IMG/VR virus record: IMGVR_UViG_3300020042_004808
Coordinates: 1 to 28,808 of that record
Direction: 5' to 3' (one strand)
DNA: 28,808 bases
Origin: a virus
Lineage: Duplodnaviria; Caudoviricetes
Numbering within the stretch: the first letter of the stretch is position 1; every line of letters begins with the position of its first letter. The position numbers and the translations under genes are program-made. This document shows positions 18,705-26,634 of this stretch, one piece after another. The notes below the pieces were generated by a model that saw only the letters and a program-made list of their open reading frames with translations, was not told where the DNA came from and searched no databases.

Positions 18705-18737
18705 CAAATATACAAAGTATATTTATATATTATAATA
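18705..18737 (-). promoter_or_regulatory. Bacteroidota-type promoter (-7 TATATTTG) overlapping palindrome ATATAC-AAA-GTATAT
   Basis: CAAATATA at 18705-12; 17-bp AAATATACAAAGTATAT identical to 23228-23244. Confidence 0.65.
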
Positions 18738-18741
18738 AAAT

Positions 18742-18774
18742 AAAAAAAAAGTGGGAAATAAAATACTTCCCACT
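18742..18774 (-). terminator. Intrinsic terminator (minus strand)
   Basis: AGTGGGAA/TTCCCACT stem with A9 (U9 on minus strand). Confidence 0.75.
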
Positions 18775-18790
18775 ATAAATAAAATACTAA

Positions 18791-18979
18791 TTACTCCTTT
18801 TGGAAAATTTCTTCTCTGCGCTTAAACATCTCATCTGCTGGCACAATCGTTAACTCTTTTGCACTTGTTTCTATGCGTAATTCTTTAAACCTTTCTATTG
18901 CCTCCGCTACATCATTAGCAGCTACACTAACAATGCCTTCTTTGTATTTTATAATAAAACGATTTGTTTTAACTTCCAT
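18791..18979 (-). CDS. Small hypothetical protein
   Basis: MEVKTNRFIIKY...; ATG 18979 overlaps upstream TAA. Confidence 0.6.
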   Translation of the reverse strand: MEVKTNRFIIKYKEGIVSVAANDVAEAIERFKELRIETSAKELTIVPADEMFKRREEIFQKE

Positions 18980-19107
18980 TAGTACCATTTTTTTAAAGTG
19001 TCAACAATAAAGTAAATGGCATAAGATAAAGTTAAAATACCTCCAATCGCTACAATAATAAGCGCAATCTCTTTGCCTAATTTCTGTTTTTCTTGTTCTG
19101 TTAGCAT
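18979..19107 (-). CDS. 42-aa single-pass membrane peptide (absent from ORF track)
   Basis: Translated by hand: MLTEQEKQKLGKEIALIIVAIGGILTLSYAIYFIVDTLKKWY*; tightly packed between dcd and the next gene. Confidence 0.65.
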   Translation of the reverse strand: MLTEQEKQKLGKEIALIIVAIGGILTLSYAIYFIVDTLKKWY

Positions 19108-19109
19108 GG

Positions 19110-19643
19110 TTATTTGTTTAAATAGTTTTTACTTGCTACTGGCTCTTTCCCCTGGTCTTTATACTTTGCATCTGCTTTGCTGGCATAGTCGGTGTATGGC
19201 ATTTCAGATATGTCATGATAGCATATTTGCGCTATTTTCATGCCTGAATAAATCTTAACTGGTTGTACACAAACAAGTTCTAAAGTCCAGTGCCCTTTGA
19301 AATTAACATCTCCAAAACCTGCCGTTACATGGACAAATAAACCTAATCTTCCTAAACTTGATTTACCTTGTATTATCGGCACATGGCGAAGTGTCTCCGT
19401 ATATTCGACAGTTGACGCAAGGTATAAAATGTTTGGCTGCAAAATCATTCCTTCTTCAGGTATAATCATAGGAGCATAAGCATTCTTCTTCCTGGTGTCA
19501 AGAACATGGTCAGTGTACATTAGCAAAGTATTGCTCAGTGTTAAGTCCACACTGTTAGTGCCAATGTTTGCTTCTATTAAAGGCTCAATGACAATGTTGC
19601 CAGCTGCTATTTCGTCAATAATGGTCTTGTCTGTTAAAATCAT
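19110..19643 (-). CDS. dcd: dCTP deaminase
   Basis: MILTD..I, NSVDLTL, LASTVE, GKSSLGRLGL, AGFGDVNFKGHWTLEL, GMKIAQI, KYKDQ. Confidence 0.93.
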   Translation of the reverse strand: MILTDKTIIDEIAAGNIVIEPLIEANIGTNSVDLTLSNTLLMYTDHVLDTRKKNAYAPMIIPEEGMILQPNILYLASTVEYTETLRHVPIIQGKSSLGRLGLFVHVTAGFGDVNFKGHWTLELVCVQPVKIYSGMKIAQICYHDISEMPYTDYASKADAKYKDQGKEPVASKNYLNK

Positions 19644-19858
19644 TTGTCTTCTTTTTTATAAATTCCGTTGTAATATTTATTTGCATACTTATCGTAATGT
19701 GAATATTCAAGACCATAAGGTAAAGCCGACATATAAGCCTCCTTTATCTGCTCTCTTTCCATTTGTAAAACTTCTTCTTGCAACTGTTTTGAAACTTTTA
19801 TTCCAGCATTTACCCGTAATACCTCTATTAAATATTCAACTGCCGTTTGTTTGCTCAT
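19640..19858 (-). CDS. Small hypothetical phage protein
   Basis: KQTAVEYL...MEREQIKEAY...YYN pattern; overlaps both neighbours. Confidence 0.7.
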   Translation of the reverse strand: MSKQTAVEYLIEVLRVNAGIKVSKQLQEEVLQMEREQIKEAYMSALPYGLEYSHYDKYANKYYNGIYKKEDK

Positions 19859-20160
19859 TTCTTTAGGTCATTTAATTCTGGATGTGTAAAATAAAATTCG
19901 GTCAGCATTGCTGCATTGCACATCAAGTGTGCAGAGTGCAAAAGTCCGCTTTCATTGTCTATCATTTCACCAAGTCGCATTGCTTCCAGGTGACGCATAG
20001 CGGAGGCAATGACAACAGAAAAGGGAAAGCCTTTCTCCCAGTTGCCAGCATCGTATTTTTCAAGTCCTTGTGTCCATACTTTGGCATATTCCCTTTGCGC
20101 TATCGCTGGGCAAAGGTCGTAGCGTAGTTTATTTTCGTTGTGTCTAATGGCTTCTTTCAT
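19855..20160 (-). CDS. DUF5664 / dATP-dGTP diphosphohydrolase N-terminal-like protein
   Basis: KLRYDL.P, G.EKY...NWEKG, AMRHL, D.ESGLLH.AH..CN. Confidence 0.85.
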   Translation of the reverse strand: MKEAIRHNENKLRYDLCPAIAQREYAKVWTQGLEKYDAGNWEKGFPFSVVIASAMRHLEAMRLGEMIDNESGLLHSAHLMCNAAMLTEFYFTHPELNDLKK

Positions 20161-20798
20161 AGGTGAAATGCTTCTAAAGATAATATAAATTTATTTGTAA
20201 GTTTTAACTCATGCAGCATCTCCATCGCTATATGCCTTGTTTCTGCCTGTGTATCTTTTGTAATTCTTAATTTCCAAAAGTTTATGTAGGCTAATAGAGA
20301 TCCTGTCCACATAAAAGTTGTTTCAAGGTTTAAAGGTAAAACAGTACGCGCTTGTTCTTTTGCCACTCCCAACTGCAAGAGCTCATGGTAAGCAGTAGCG
20401 CAATAATTAATAACATCATCTTGTATTATTAACGCTGCATCATTGTCATACATCTCTAAATCTTGTCCGCTGCCTTGCTTACTGCTTTTACTTTGTAATC
20501 TAAAATCTTCTATCCTGTAATAGTTATCTTCAAAATCTACATATCTACCAGAAATACTATTTGCCGTTAATCCCACCTGGTGCTTAAACAACTGACGCTC
20601 TACAAAGATAGGGCAGGTTATCCGGTACTGTAATTGTGGATGCCGAAAAGGGGAAGTGTGATTGTTTTCTGCAAGATATTTTATCAACTTTGCATTTTGA
20701 TCTTCAGAGTAGTTACTGGCTTCCTTGCCAAATGAAACGCGAGCTGCGTTAACTACCATTTCATCATTGCCAAATATTTCTAATAATTCTATTTTCAT
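20157..20798 (-). CDS. thyX: Flavin-dependent thymidylate synthase
   Basis: VVNAARVSF, HTSPF, PIFVERQLFKHQ, SISGRY, GVAKEQARTVLP, KLR....Q.E. Confidence 0.95.
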   Translation of the reverse strand: MKIELLEIFGNDEMVVNAARVSFGKEASNYSEDQNAKLIKYLAENNHTSPFRHPQLQYRITCPIFVERQLFKHQVGLTANSISGRYVDFEDNYYRIEDFRLQSKSSKQGSGQDLEMYDNDAALIIQDDVINYCATAYHELLQLGVAKEQARTVLPLNLETTFMWTGSLLAYINFWKLRITKDTQAETRHIAMEMLHELKLTNKFILSLEAFHL

Positions 20799-20801
20799 TT
20801 T

Positions 20802-20883
20802 ATCATTTTGTTGATGTCAACGATATGGTTAAAAATTGCCTGTCTTTCCAGGCTGCCAATTCATCCTCTGACGCAATAGGATG
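20802..20883 (-). promoter_or_regulatory. Three consecutive hairpins in the thyX leader
   Basis: CATCCT/AGGATG (20862-83), GCCTG-GAAAGA-CAGGC (20838-53, minus strand), imperfect palindrome 20802-29. Confidence 0.45.
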
Positions 20884-20938
20884 GAAAGAAATGTTTAATC
20901 AATAAACAAAACATCCTACTCCGAGGTCTGCAAATGTC

Positions 20939-21349
20939 TTATGTAGTCATGTGACCTACTAATATTCTTTCCTGGCGAAAGCTACTAAGCAAAGTTCTAT
21001 AGTTATCACTGGTGATAAGTAGCAGCTGCTTAACGGCCCGGCATTGCTCAAAGATGGCAGTGGCTTTTGGATATTTACCTTTAACATAGTAATCAGTCAA
21101 GGTAGAGGAGTGCTTTATTCTTTTATACTCCTCCTCTCCCATGTAGCGAATGCAAATCATTAATAGTTGTGAGTAAATACTTTCATTCATTCCAGAGATA
21201 ACAGTGTAGCGTGAATAGTAAGCAGATAATTGACGCAGAAACTGGTCACATTCATCAAGCATTTCCGCAGATGGAGCAGTGCTAATCCATGCGTTTACCT
21301 CATCACAAAAGGCTTTAATCTCCATCATTTGATCATTGTACTCTTTCAC
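20939..21349 (-). CDS. Hypothetical helical protein (recombination module)
   Basis: 136 aa ORF overlapping the exonuclease stop. Confidence 0.65.
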   Translation of the reverse strand: MKEYNDQMMEIKAFCDEVNAWISTAPSAEMLDECDQFLRQLSAYYSRYTVISGMNESIYSQLLMICIRYMGEEEYKRIKHSSTLTDYYVKGKYPKATAIFEQCRAVKQLLLITSDNYRTLLSSFRQERILVGHMTT

Positions 21350-22242
21350 TTTGCGTCTTTTACCGTTAACAATGTCACCGTTTTAGTTTCTTCCGTAGCT
21401 ACTCCATAAAGTATTTCCTGCTTCTTCTGCGCTGCCAGTTGCTCCTCCCTTTCCTGTAGTTCCGGGCTATGAGTATATGACTTTTTTTGATAGGTGCTAT
21501 AACTTAAAATCTTATTTGCAACTTGAACCATATATCTACTATTCTGCAACTGCTGTTCTATTTGCTTTCTTAATCCATCTCTTTTTATTGTCCAATCCTT
21601 AATTAACAAATCCCAATCTATATATTTTTTCATTAAAGATTCTAACTCTTGGTCACAATGCAGCTCATAGGCTTCCGCTATTTCCTCCGCTGCTTTTCTT
21701 ATCCTTATCTCTGTGTTTGCAAGGTCTTGCATTGTGAACGTGTGCTGGTATGTTTCATGCACATCTGTCCACTCCATGCTTTTGCCTTTTATTCTTGTCT
21801 TGTAATAGTCAATAAAACAAGTAGGTAGTATTGTTTGCTGCTTAAATAGTATTAAACTATATGCCATCATTTGAAGGCTATTTTCTATTCTATCTTGTGT
21901 CCAAGCAGCAGTGCCTGTTTTAAAGTCGCGGATAATTTCAAAGTTTTTAGAGGCATTGTCAATGTAGCCAATAAATTTAAACTCTCCAAAATCATGTTCC
22001 AGTTTATATTCTACATGAGGATATAAATAAATGTCTTGTAAAAAGTTAGGTGGAAAGTTAAAATCTCTTTGCTCACCTTTGACGTAATCCTCAATGTCAC
22101 TGGCAAACTGCTTGCCAAATTCCATCATAAGCGAAGGTGCATCTGGTATGTTTAGAAAATACCTTTTCATGTAGGCAAAGGGATCTGATTCCCAGAGATT
22201 AATCTGAGATATAGAAAGATGTGGTCGTGGTAGTTTAAGCAT
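21346..22242 (-). CDS. PD-(D/E)XK (RecB/Cas4-like) exonuclease
   Basis: HLSISQI..W, M.FG, E, GYID, IRDFKTG, QMMAY. Confidence 0.88.
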   Translation of the reverse strand: MLKLPRPHLSISQINLWESDPFAYMKRYFLNIPDAPSLMMEFGKQFASDIEDYVKGEQRDFNFPPNFLQDIYLYPHVEYKLEHDFGEFKFIGYIDNASKNFEIIRDFKTGTAAWTQDRIENSLQMMAYSLILFKQQTILPTCFIDYYKTRIKGKSMEWTDVHETYQHTFTMQDLANTEIRIRKAAEEIAEAYELHCDQELESLMKKYIDWDLLIKDWTIKRDGLRKQIEQQLQNSRYMVQVANKILSYSTYQKKSYTHSPELQEREEQLAAQKKQEILYGVATEETKTVTLLTVKDAK

Positions 22243-22471
22243 TATCTTCTGTTGTGTATGGTGTTTCCAAAAATTTCTTTAAATCATGTATAAGGTAATC
22301 TAATGATGATTGAAATTCATCTTTATTTGTTTCTATTTTATTTTTTTCGTGTGAAATAGTGTTAACTAACAAAGCTAATCTTGCACTGCCAGTTATTGAC
22401 CAGCTTTGTATCTGTTCTTGTTCATGGTCATAAAATGACACTCTGCATGATGTTTTTCTATCTAAAGCCAT
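22235..22471 (-). CDS. Hypothetical protein
   Basis: 78 aa ORF with A-rich leader. Confidence 0.55.
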   Translation of the reverse strand: MALDRKTSCRVSFYDHEQEQIQSWSITGSARLALLVNTISHEKNKIETNKDEFQSSLDYLIHDLKKFLETPYTTEDNA

Positions 22472-22493
22472 TTTGTTTTGTTTTTAAGTTTTT

Positions 22494-22521
22494 AAAAAAG
22501 AGGCAGCGCAGTTACTGCCTC
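22494..22521 (-). terminator. Intrinsic terminator (minus strand)
   Basis: GAGGCAG/CTGCCTC stem preceded by A6 on + strand. Confidence 0.65.
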
Positions 22522-22533
22522 ATATAGAGTCAT

Positions 22534-22938
22534 TCACCTCAATTTCTGAAATACCTGTATAAAGATAGTGCTTGTAGCTGCCGTTGCACTTTCATGCGGC
22601 ACTCCAGCCTCACTTATCTTGTTATATATGTCAATGTATGCCTGTGAGTAAATAGCAGAAATCTCAAAGACCATTGCAGCCAAGTCTTGCTTATCGCTTT
22701 GCTCTGTTTGTACTGGCATTGTTTGCGGCTCATCCTCAACTACCTTATATTTTCCTTTGTCATCTATTAGCTGTATGTTTTGCCCAGACTTATATCTCTC
22801 TATGACATCGCCAGGCTTTCCGTACACTCTGACTTGGCTTTGATCTTCCAATGTTACGAGTATGTTTATTGAAGGCCCATACTGTCCTTCCCTTGGCGCA
22901 CCTGCACCGTACTTAACTACACCTTTAACGATTTTCAT
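22534..22938 (-). CDS. Hypothetical protein, possible OB-fold ssDNA-binding protein
   Basis: Beta-rich N-terminal ~70 aa plus helical tail; upstream of the exonuclease. Confidence 0.45.
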   Translation of the reverse strand: MKIVKGVVKYGAGAPREGQYGPSINILVTLEDQSQVRVYGKPGDVIERYKSGQNIQLIDDKGKYKVVEDEPQTMPVQTEQSDKQDLAAMVFEISAIYSQAYIDIYNKISEAGVPHESATAATSTIFIQVFQKLR

Positions 22939-23188
22939 AATAATCTTCTTTTTTGCAGTCTAAAATCTCTTGTTCGTATCTATCCCACACATCTGTGAGC
23001 TGCTCCGCTATCCAAGGCACATCGAGTGCTTCTGTCATAATTTCGTTAAATAAGACTTGCTGGGCATCGTTAAGTAATTCGTAACGGAAAATTTTGTTAA
23101 TGGCTTTGTCAACATCCTCCTTTGTCGTTCCTTTAATCTTGTAGTCATCCATGAGATAGGATGCAAATCTTTTACTAATGTCGTTCAT
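22925..23188 (-). CDS. Hypothetical acidic protein
   Basis: 87 aa ORF; first gene after putative promoter. Confidence 0.65.
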   Translation of the reverse strand: MNDISKRFASYLMDDYKIKGTTKEDVDKAINKIFRYELLNDAQQVLFNEIMTEALDVPWIAEQLTDVWDRYEQEILDCKKEDYYENR

Positions 23189-23227
23189 GTTTGTTTTTTA
23201 AAAGGTGAACAATTTATTTTGTTTCGT

Positions 23228-23267
23228 AAATATACAAAGTATATAATTAATATACACTATTATAATA
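23228..23267 (-). promoter_or_regulatory. Putative promoter/operator, second copy of the 17-bp element
   Basis: AAATATACAAAGTATAT at 23228-44 plus TATTATAATA at 23258-67, as at 18706-37; contains TACTTTG on minus strand. Confidence 0.6.
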
Positions 23268-23276
23268 TAATTATTT

Positions 23277-24005
23277 TCACTTTTTTATCACTTTCCTCCA
23301 CACTGCCAACTTTTGCGCAATCACTACAGCCCTTTTCATATTGCCCTGTTCTATTTTCTTGGCATGGCTGCGGATGGTCATAAGGTCTAATGACTCTGGT
23401 GGCTCTTTAAGTGCGATGGCCTGAGCCTCATCCCACAATGCTCTTTTCTCTCCTTCCTCGTATGTTATCATGTCAAACTTTAGACACATATCATACCAGT
23501 ATAAAGGCACATCTTCCCATGTTTTTCCGGTAAATTCTTTTATCATTGTTGGAAATTCTGCGTACAACTTCTCTCTCTCCACTCTTCCCCTTTCTTCCAT
23601 CTGTACCTGGTGCCTGAGTGCTGCTACTTCGTTATCATGGCTTGCTATTATTTTCCTCCGGTAAGTCATGTAACCATTTAGTATCTTGCCAATAGTATGC
23701 ATATTTGCCTTGCCGTAGAATTTAACATCTTCATCCAGTTCTAAAGTTTCTGCGGAGAACATACGAAAGGCAATTTCAATTTCATTAGTCGCTATTTGCC
23801 CAAATGTTTTTACAATTTCCTTGGCTATGTTTGCATAGAAAGCTAAATCGCCATCTATTCCATACATTGGAAACACGGAGCTGATAACATTCAATGTTTG
23901 TTTATAGGCATCTTTTTGCTCCATATTGGCAATTCGGTTGCTCCTGGCTGTGATAATTGCCTGTTCATCAAAGTTGCGAGGTTGGTACTTTGTTAAATTA
24001 CTCAT
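23277..24005 (-). CDS. Hypothetical protein (replication-module, helical)
   Basis: 242 aa; EIEIAFR...KFYG...IGKILNGY; downstream of initiator. Confidence 0.6.
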   Translation of the reverse strand: MSNLTKYQPRNFDEQAIITARSNRIANMEQKDAYKQTLNVISSVFPMYGIDGDLAFYANIAKEIVKTFGQIATNEIEIAFRMFSAETLELDEDVKFYGKANMHTIGKILNGYMTYRRKIIASHDNEVAALRHQVQMEERGRVEREKLYAEFPTMIKEFTGKTWEDVPLYWYDMCLKFDMITYEEGEKRALWDEAQAIALKEPPESLDLMTIRSHAKKIEQGNMKRAVVIAQKLAVWRKVIKK

Positions 24006-24207
24006 TTGTAAATTGTTTTAGTTTGTGATAGCTTCTTTGGTATTCAATGTATTTCTGCCTTTGCTCCCTGCTCATAGCATGGTACTTGGCGCGATGGCGT
24101 AAGTTCTCGCGTTCGCGGATCTTCTTGTAAGTGTATTCGTTCATGGTGGCGCGGTACTTCTTCATGTACTCACGCATATAAGCGTTGCGGTCTTGTTTAT
24201 TCTGCAT
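23998..24207 (-). CDS. Small basic helical protein
   Basis: 69 aa, Arg/Lys/Tyr-rich (YMREYMKKYR). Confidence 0.6.
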   Translation of the reverse strand: MQNKQDRNAYMREYMKKYRATMNEYTYKKIRERENLRHRAKYHAMSREQRQKYIEYQRSYHKLKQFTNE

Positions 24208-24436
24208 AATTTTCTATTTCATGTTCAACTTCTTCCCAATAGTAATATTCATCATAGCTACCTTCTACTTCTATATTCCATTTTTCTTTCAACACTTCCC
24301 GTGCTGCAAATAAAGCGCAATGCTTTGCCAAAATAGATACAAGGATTTCATGCCCTAATTCTCCTCCAATGTCTTGGATTAGGATATAGTAATGATTAAA
24401 TAGATCTTTGGCTTTTTCTTTAGGTGTTTGTTTCAT
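24197..24436 (-). CDS. Small hypothetical phage protein
   Basis: TPKEKAKDL...AK.CAL...YWEEVEHEIE pattern. Confidence 0.7.
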   Translation of the reverse strand: MKQTPKEKAKDLFNHYYILIQDIGGELGHEILVSILAKHCALFAAREVLKEKWNIEVEGSYDEYYYWEEVEHEIENYAE

Positions 24437-24448
24437 AAATTATTTATT

Positions 24449-25201
24449 TTAATCTCCACAAAAACAAGATATATCTGGTTCATCAAACAAAGTTTTATTT
24501 AAAGCTAATGACTTAATTGTTTCCATTTTAAAGTCCTTATGAAACCTTGCATTAATTTTATTCTCTTGTTCTATCCACCAGTCTAATCTTTCTGGCATCA
24601 AATGGGCTTGTGCTACTTTCTTTTTAGTTCCTTTCATAAAACAAAAATCACAATTACTTAATGTGCTATGTATTTTAAGGTCAAATCCTTGATTACTCCA
24701 AAATGTTTTGACATCATTTACATTAACATTAAAATCCCAAAGTGGAAATATATAATCCCATCTATCTTTAGATACTTTATTTTTCATTTTAAAATATCTA
24801 TTTGGTTCGTCTTTTCTAATTCCAATAGCAGCATCCCAATGTTTGTGACCTAAGGACTTTAAATATCTTGCCATAGGTAATATTTTTAATTCCGTGGTAC
24901 AAAATCTTTTAACTCTGTTTGGCAAATAACCGCGTTCCTTTATCATGTCAGAAAAAGGTTCACCATTTCTGGAGGCAGTTTCGTAATTTACAATTTTATA
25001 TTTATTTTCATTGCAAAATTCTAACCAAACTACATCAAGCTTCCATCGAATATCACATTCATTTACAAAATCTAATGTTTCGTCCATTTCTTTACCTGTG
25101 TTGGCAAAAGTAAATATCAAATCATCTTTAGAATAATTATCAACCATAATCTTTGCCATCATAGCCGATGAACGGCCTCCAGAAAAACTTACTTGTATCA
25201 T
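24449..25201 (-). CDS. PAPS reductase-family (PP-loop) protein
   Basis: VSFSGGRSS, FANTGKE, FCTTELKI, IGIRKDE, NCDFCF, C-terminal SCFC. Confidence 0.88.
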   Translation of the reverse strand: MIQVSFSGGRSSAMMAKIMVDNYSKDDLIFTFANTGKEMDETLDFVNECDIRWKLDVVWLEFCNENKYKIVNYETASRNGEPFSDMIKERGYLPNRVKRFCTTELKILPMARYLKSLGHKHWDAAIGIRKDEPNRYFKMKNKVSKDRWDYIFPLWDFNVNVNDVKTFWSNQGFDLKIHSTLSNCDFCFMKGTKKKVAQAHLMPERLDWWIEQENKINARFHKDFKMETIKSLALNKTLFDEPDISCFCGD

Positions 25202-26121
25202 GGTTGATATTCATTTACGAGCCTCTCAATCTCCTCCTGCCTCCGCTTCTCCTGTGCGGCAGGGTTTTGATAATGGAATTTAGTATATATGGCATTGGCA
25301 TTGCTATAAATCATAGATATAGAAAAGTTGTTCTTCATAAACTTGTCACTAACGTGCCAGGCTGCCTTGGTGAAAGCTGCTACCATTTCATCCATTGTTC
25401 CCTCAACAACTGCTATCTGTTTTATCCATGATATTAATTTCTTGCAGTTACTCCCATCTTTTGCACTCATAATGTAATTGCCTTGCTTGTTCTTTGGCAA
25501 AGTAACCTTGGCGCAATTTTCGTACGCTTGGCAATAGGCAATGAAGGCAGAGTAAGTTTCGGTATTTTCTTTTTCTTTTGGCGCAACATTTTCTTTTTCT
25601 TTAAAACCTTGCTCATGGGAAATGGAATCATGGATGGACTGCCTTGCAAAACTATTTTTTATTTTTGGTTGAGGAGGCGTGAAAGAATTTTCACATTCCT
25701 TTAATACTTTAATATTGTTAATACTTCTATTGGCTAATACTTCTTGGGTGTTCATGGCTAAAGGTGCCCCCTCTTCATGTGTGAATACCTCCCCCTCTTC
25801 ATTGGTGAATGGGGTGGTATCCAAATCTGACATATTTTTAGCAGAAACAAATACTCCTATGTATTCAGTTTGCAATTTATAAAGGTTACTTGTTTGGCTG
25901 CCATCTGCTCTAAATCTTCGTGTGACAGTCATTATTTTTTTATCTACCAAAGAGTTTTTAACTCTTAAAATTTTAGACTGCGAAAATGTAGAATCTTTGC
26001 TAAGTTTGGCATTGGATGGAAAACACATTTTGTTTTGATTCATATAATTTACTATATAGCAAACAAGGTATAATTCATCTGGATTAATTTGGCTAAGTAG
26101 CCTTGTATCTATGTTTATCAT
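25198..26121 (-). CDS. Phage replication initiator (N-terminal winged HTH)
   Basis: CFPSNAKL, L.DKK, DGSQTSNLY, followed by a repeat-containing linker. Confidence 0.78.
   Translation of the reverse strand: MINIDTRLLSQINPDELYLVCYIVNYMNQNKMCFPSNAKLSKDSTFSQSKILRVKNSLVDKKIMTVTRRFRADGSQTSNLYKLQTEYIGVFVSAKNMSDLDTTPFTNEEGEVFTHEEGAPLAMNTQEVLANRSINNIKVLKECENSFTPPQPKIKNSFARQSIHDSISHEQGFKEKENVAPKEKENTETYSAFIAYCQAYENCAKVTLPKNKQGNYIMSAKDGSNCKKLISWIKQIAVVEGTMDEMVAAFTKAAWHVSDKFMKNNFSISMIYSNANAIYTKFHYQNPAAQEKRRQEEIERLVNEYQP
25767..25810. repeat. Iteron-like direct repeats (putative replication origin)
   Basis: CCCCCTCTTCATGTGTGAAT (25767-86) and CCCCCTCTTCATTGGTGAAT (25791-810), 24-bp spacing. Confidence 0.65.
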
Positions 26122-26633
26122 AATTCTAATTTAGCTTGTTTGCCATAATTACTGTTAAACACAATAGCTTGTATAGCATATTCATTCATTATGTTTATTG
26201 GAATCAACATTGTTTTAATTGTAGAAAGTGTTTCAACTACTTTATAAGTATTTTGTCTATACAATCTAATAAGTACCATTTTATCAATTATCCAACACAT
26301 ATCATAATTACCAATTACATAATAAATAGTATTATCTTTTCTTAATATTCCAGATGGAACCCATTTATCATTATTTCCATTTGTCTTTTCATAAACTTCA
26401 ATAGCTACATTATTTGTAGCTTCACAATATCCATGAGTACAATCACCTGTTGACCTTGCATCGTATTTTATTTCATATCCTTGTAAACTTTCACCTACTT
26501 CAAATTGGTATTTTTTGCTACTGTATGGCTGTATAACAATTCCATAATTATGAAGTAATTTTCTAATTATAAAGTCTTGAAATTCTAATCCAATTTCAAA
26601 AGAATCTTTGTGTTTATTATTTCCTTCGTACAT
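26118..26633 (-). CDS. Putative PD-(D/E)XK restriction-endonuclease-like protein
   Basis: G.EFQDFI, YEIKYD, NVAIE, WVPSGI; likely start MYEG at 26633, immediately after the MTase stop. Confidence 0.55.
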   Translation of the reverse strand: MYEGNNKHKDSFEIGLEFQDFIIRKLLHNYGIVIQPYSSKKYQFEVGESLQGYEIKYDARSTGDCTHGYCEATNNVAIEVYEKTNGNNDKWVPSGILRKDNTIYYVIGNYDMCWIIDKMVLIRLYRQNTYKVVETLSTIKTMLIPINIMNEYAIQAIVFNSNYGKQAKLEL

Positions 26634-26634
26634 A

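Noticed and set aside
19855-20160. Z-genome (2-aminoadenine) pathway suggested by the diphosphohydrolase-like gene
   Set aside because: No purZ or datZ in the window; this domain alone is not diagnostic
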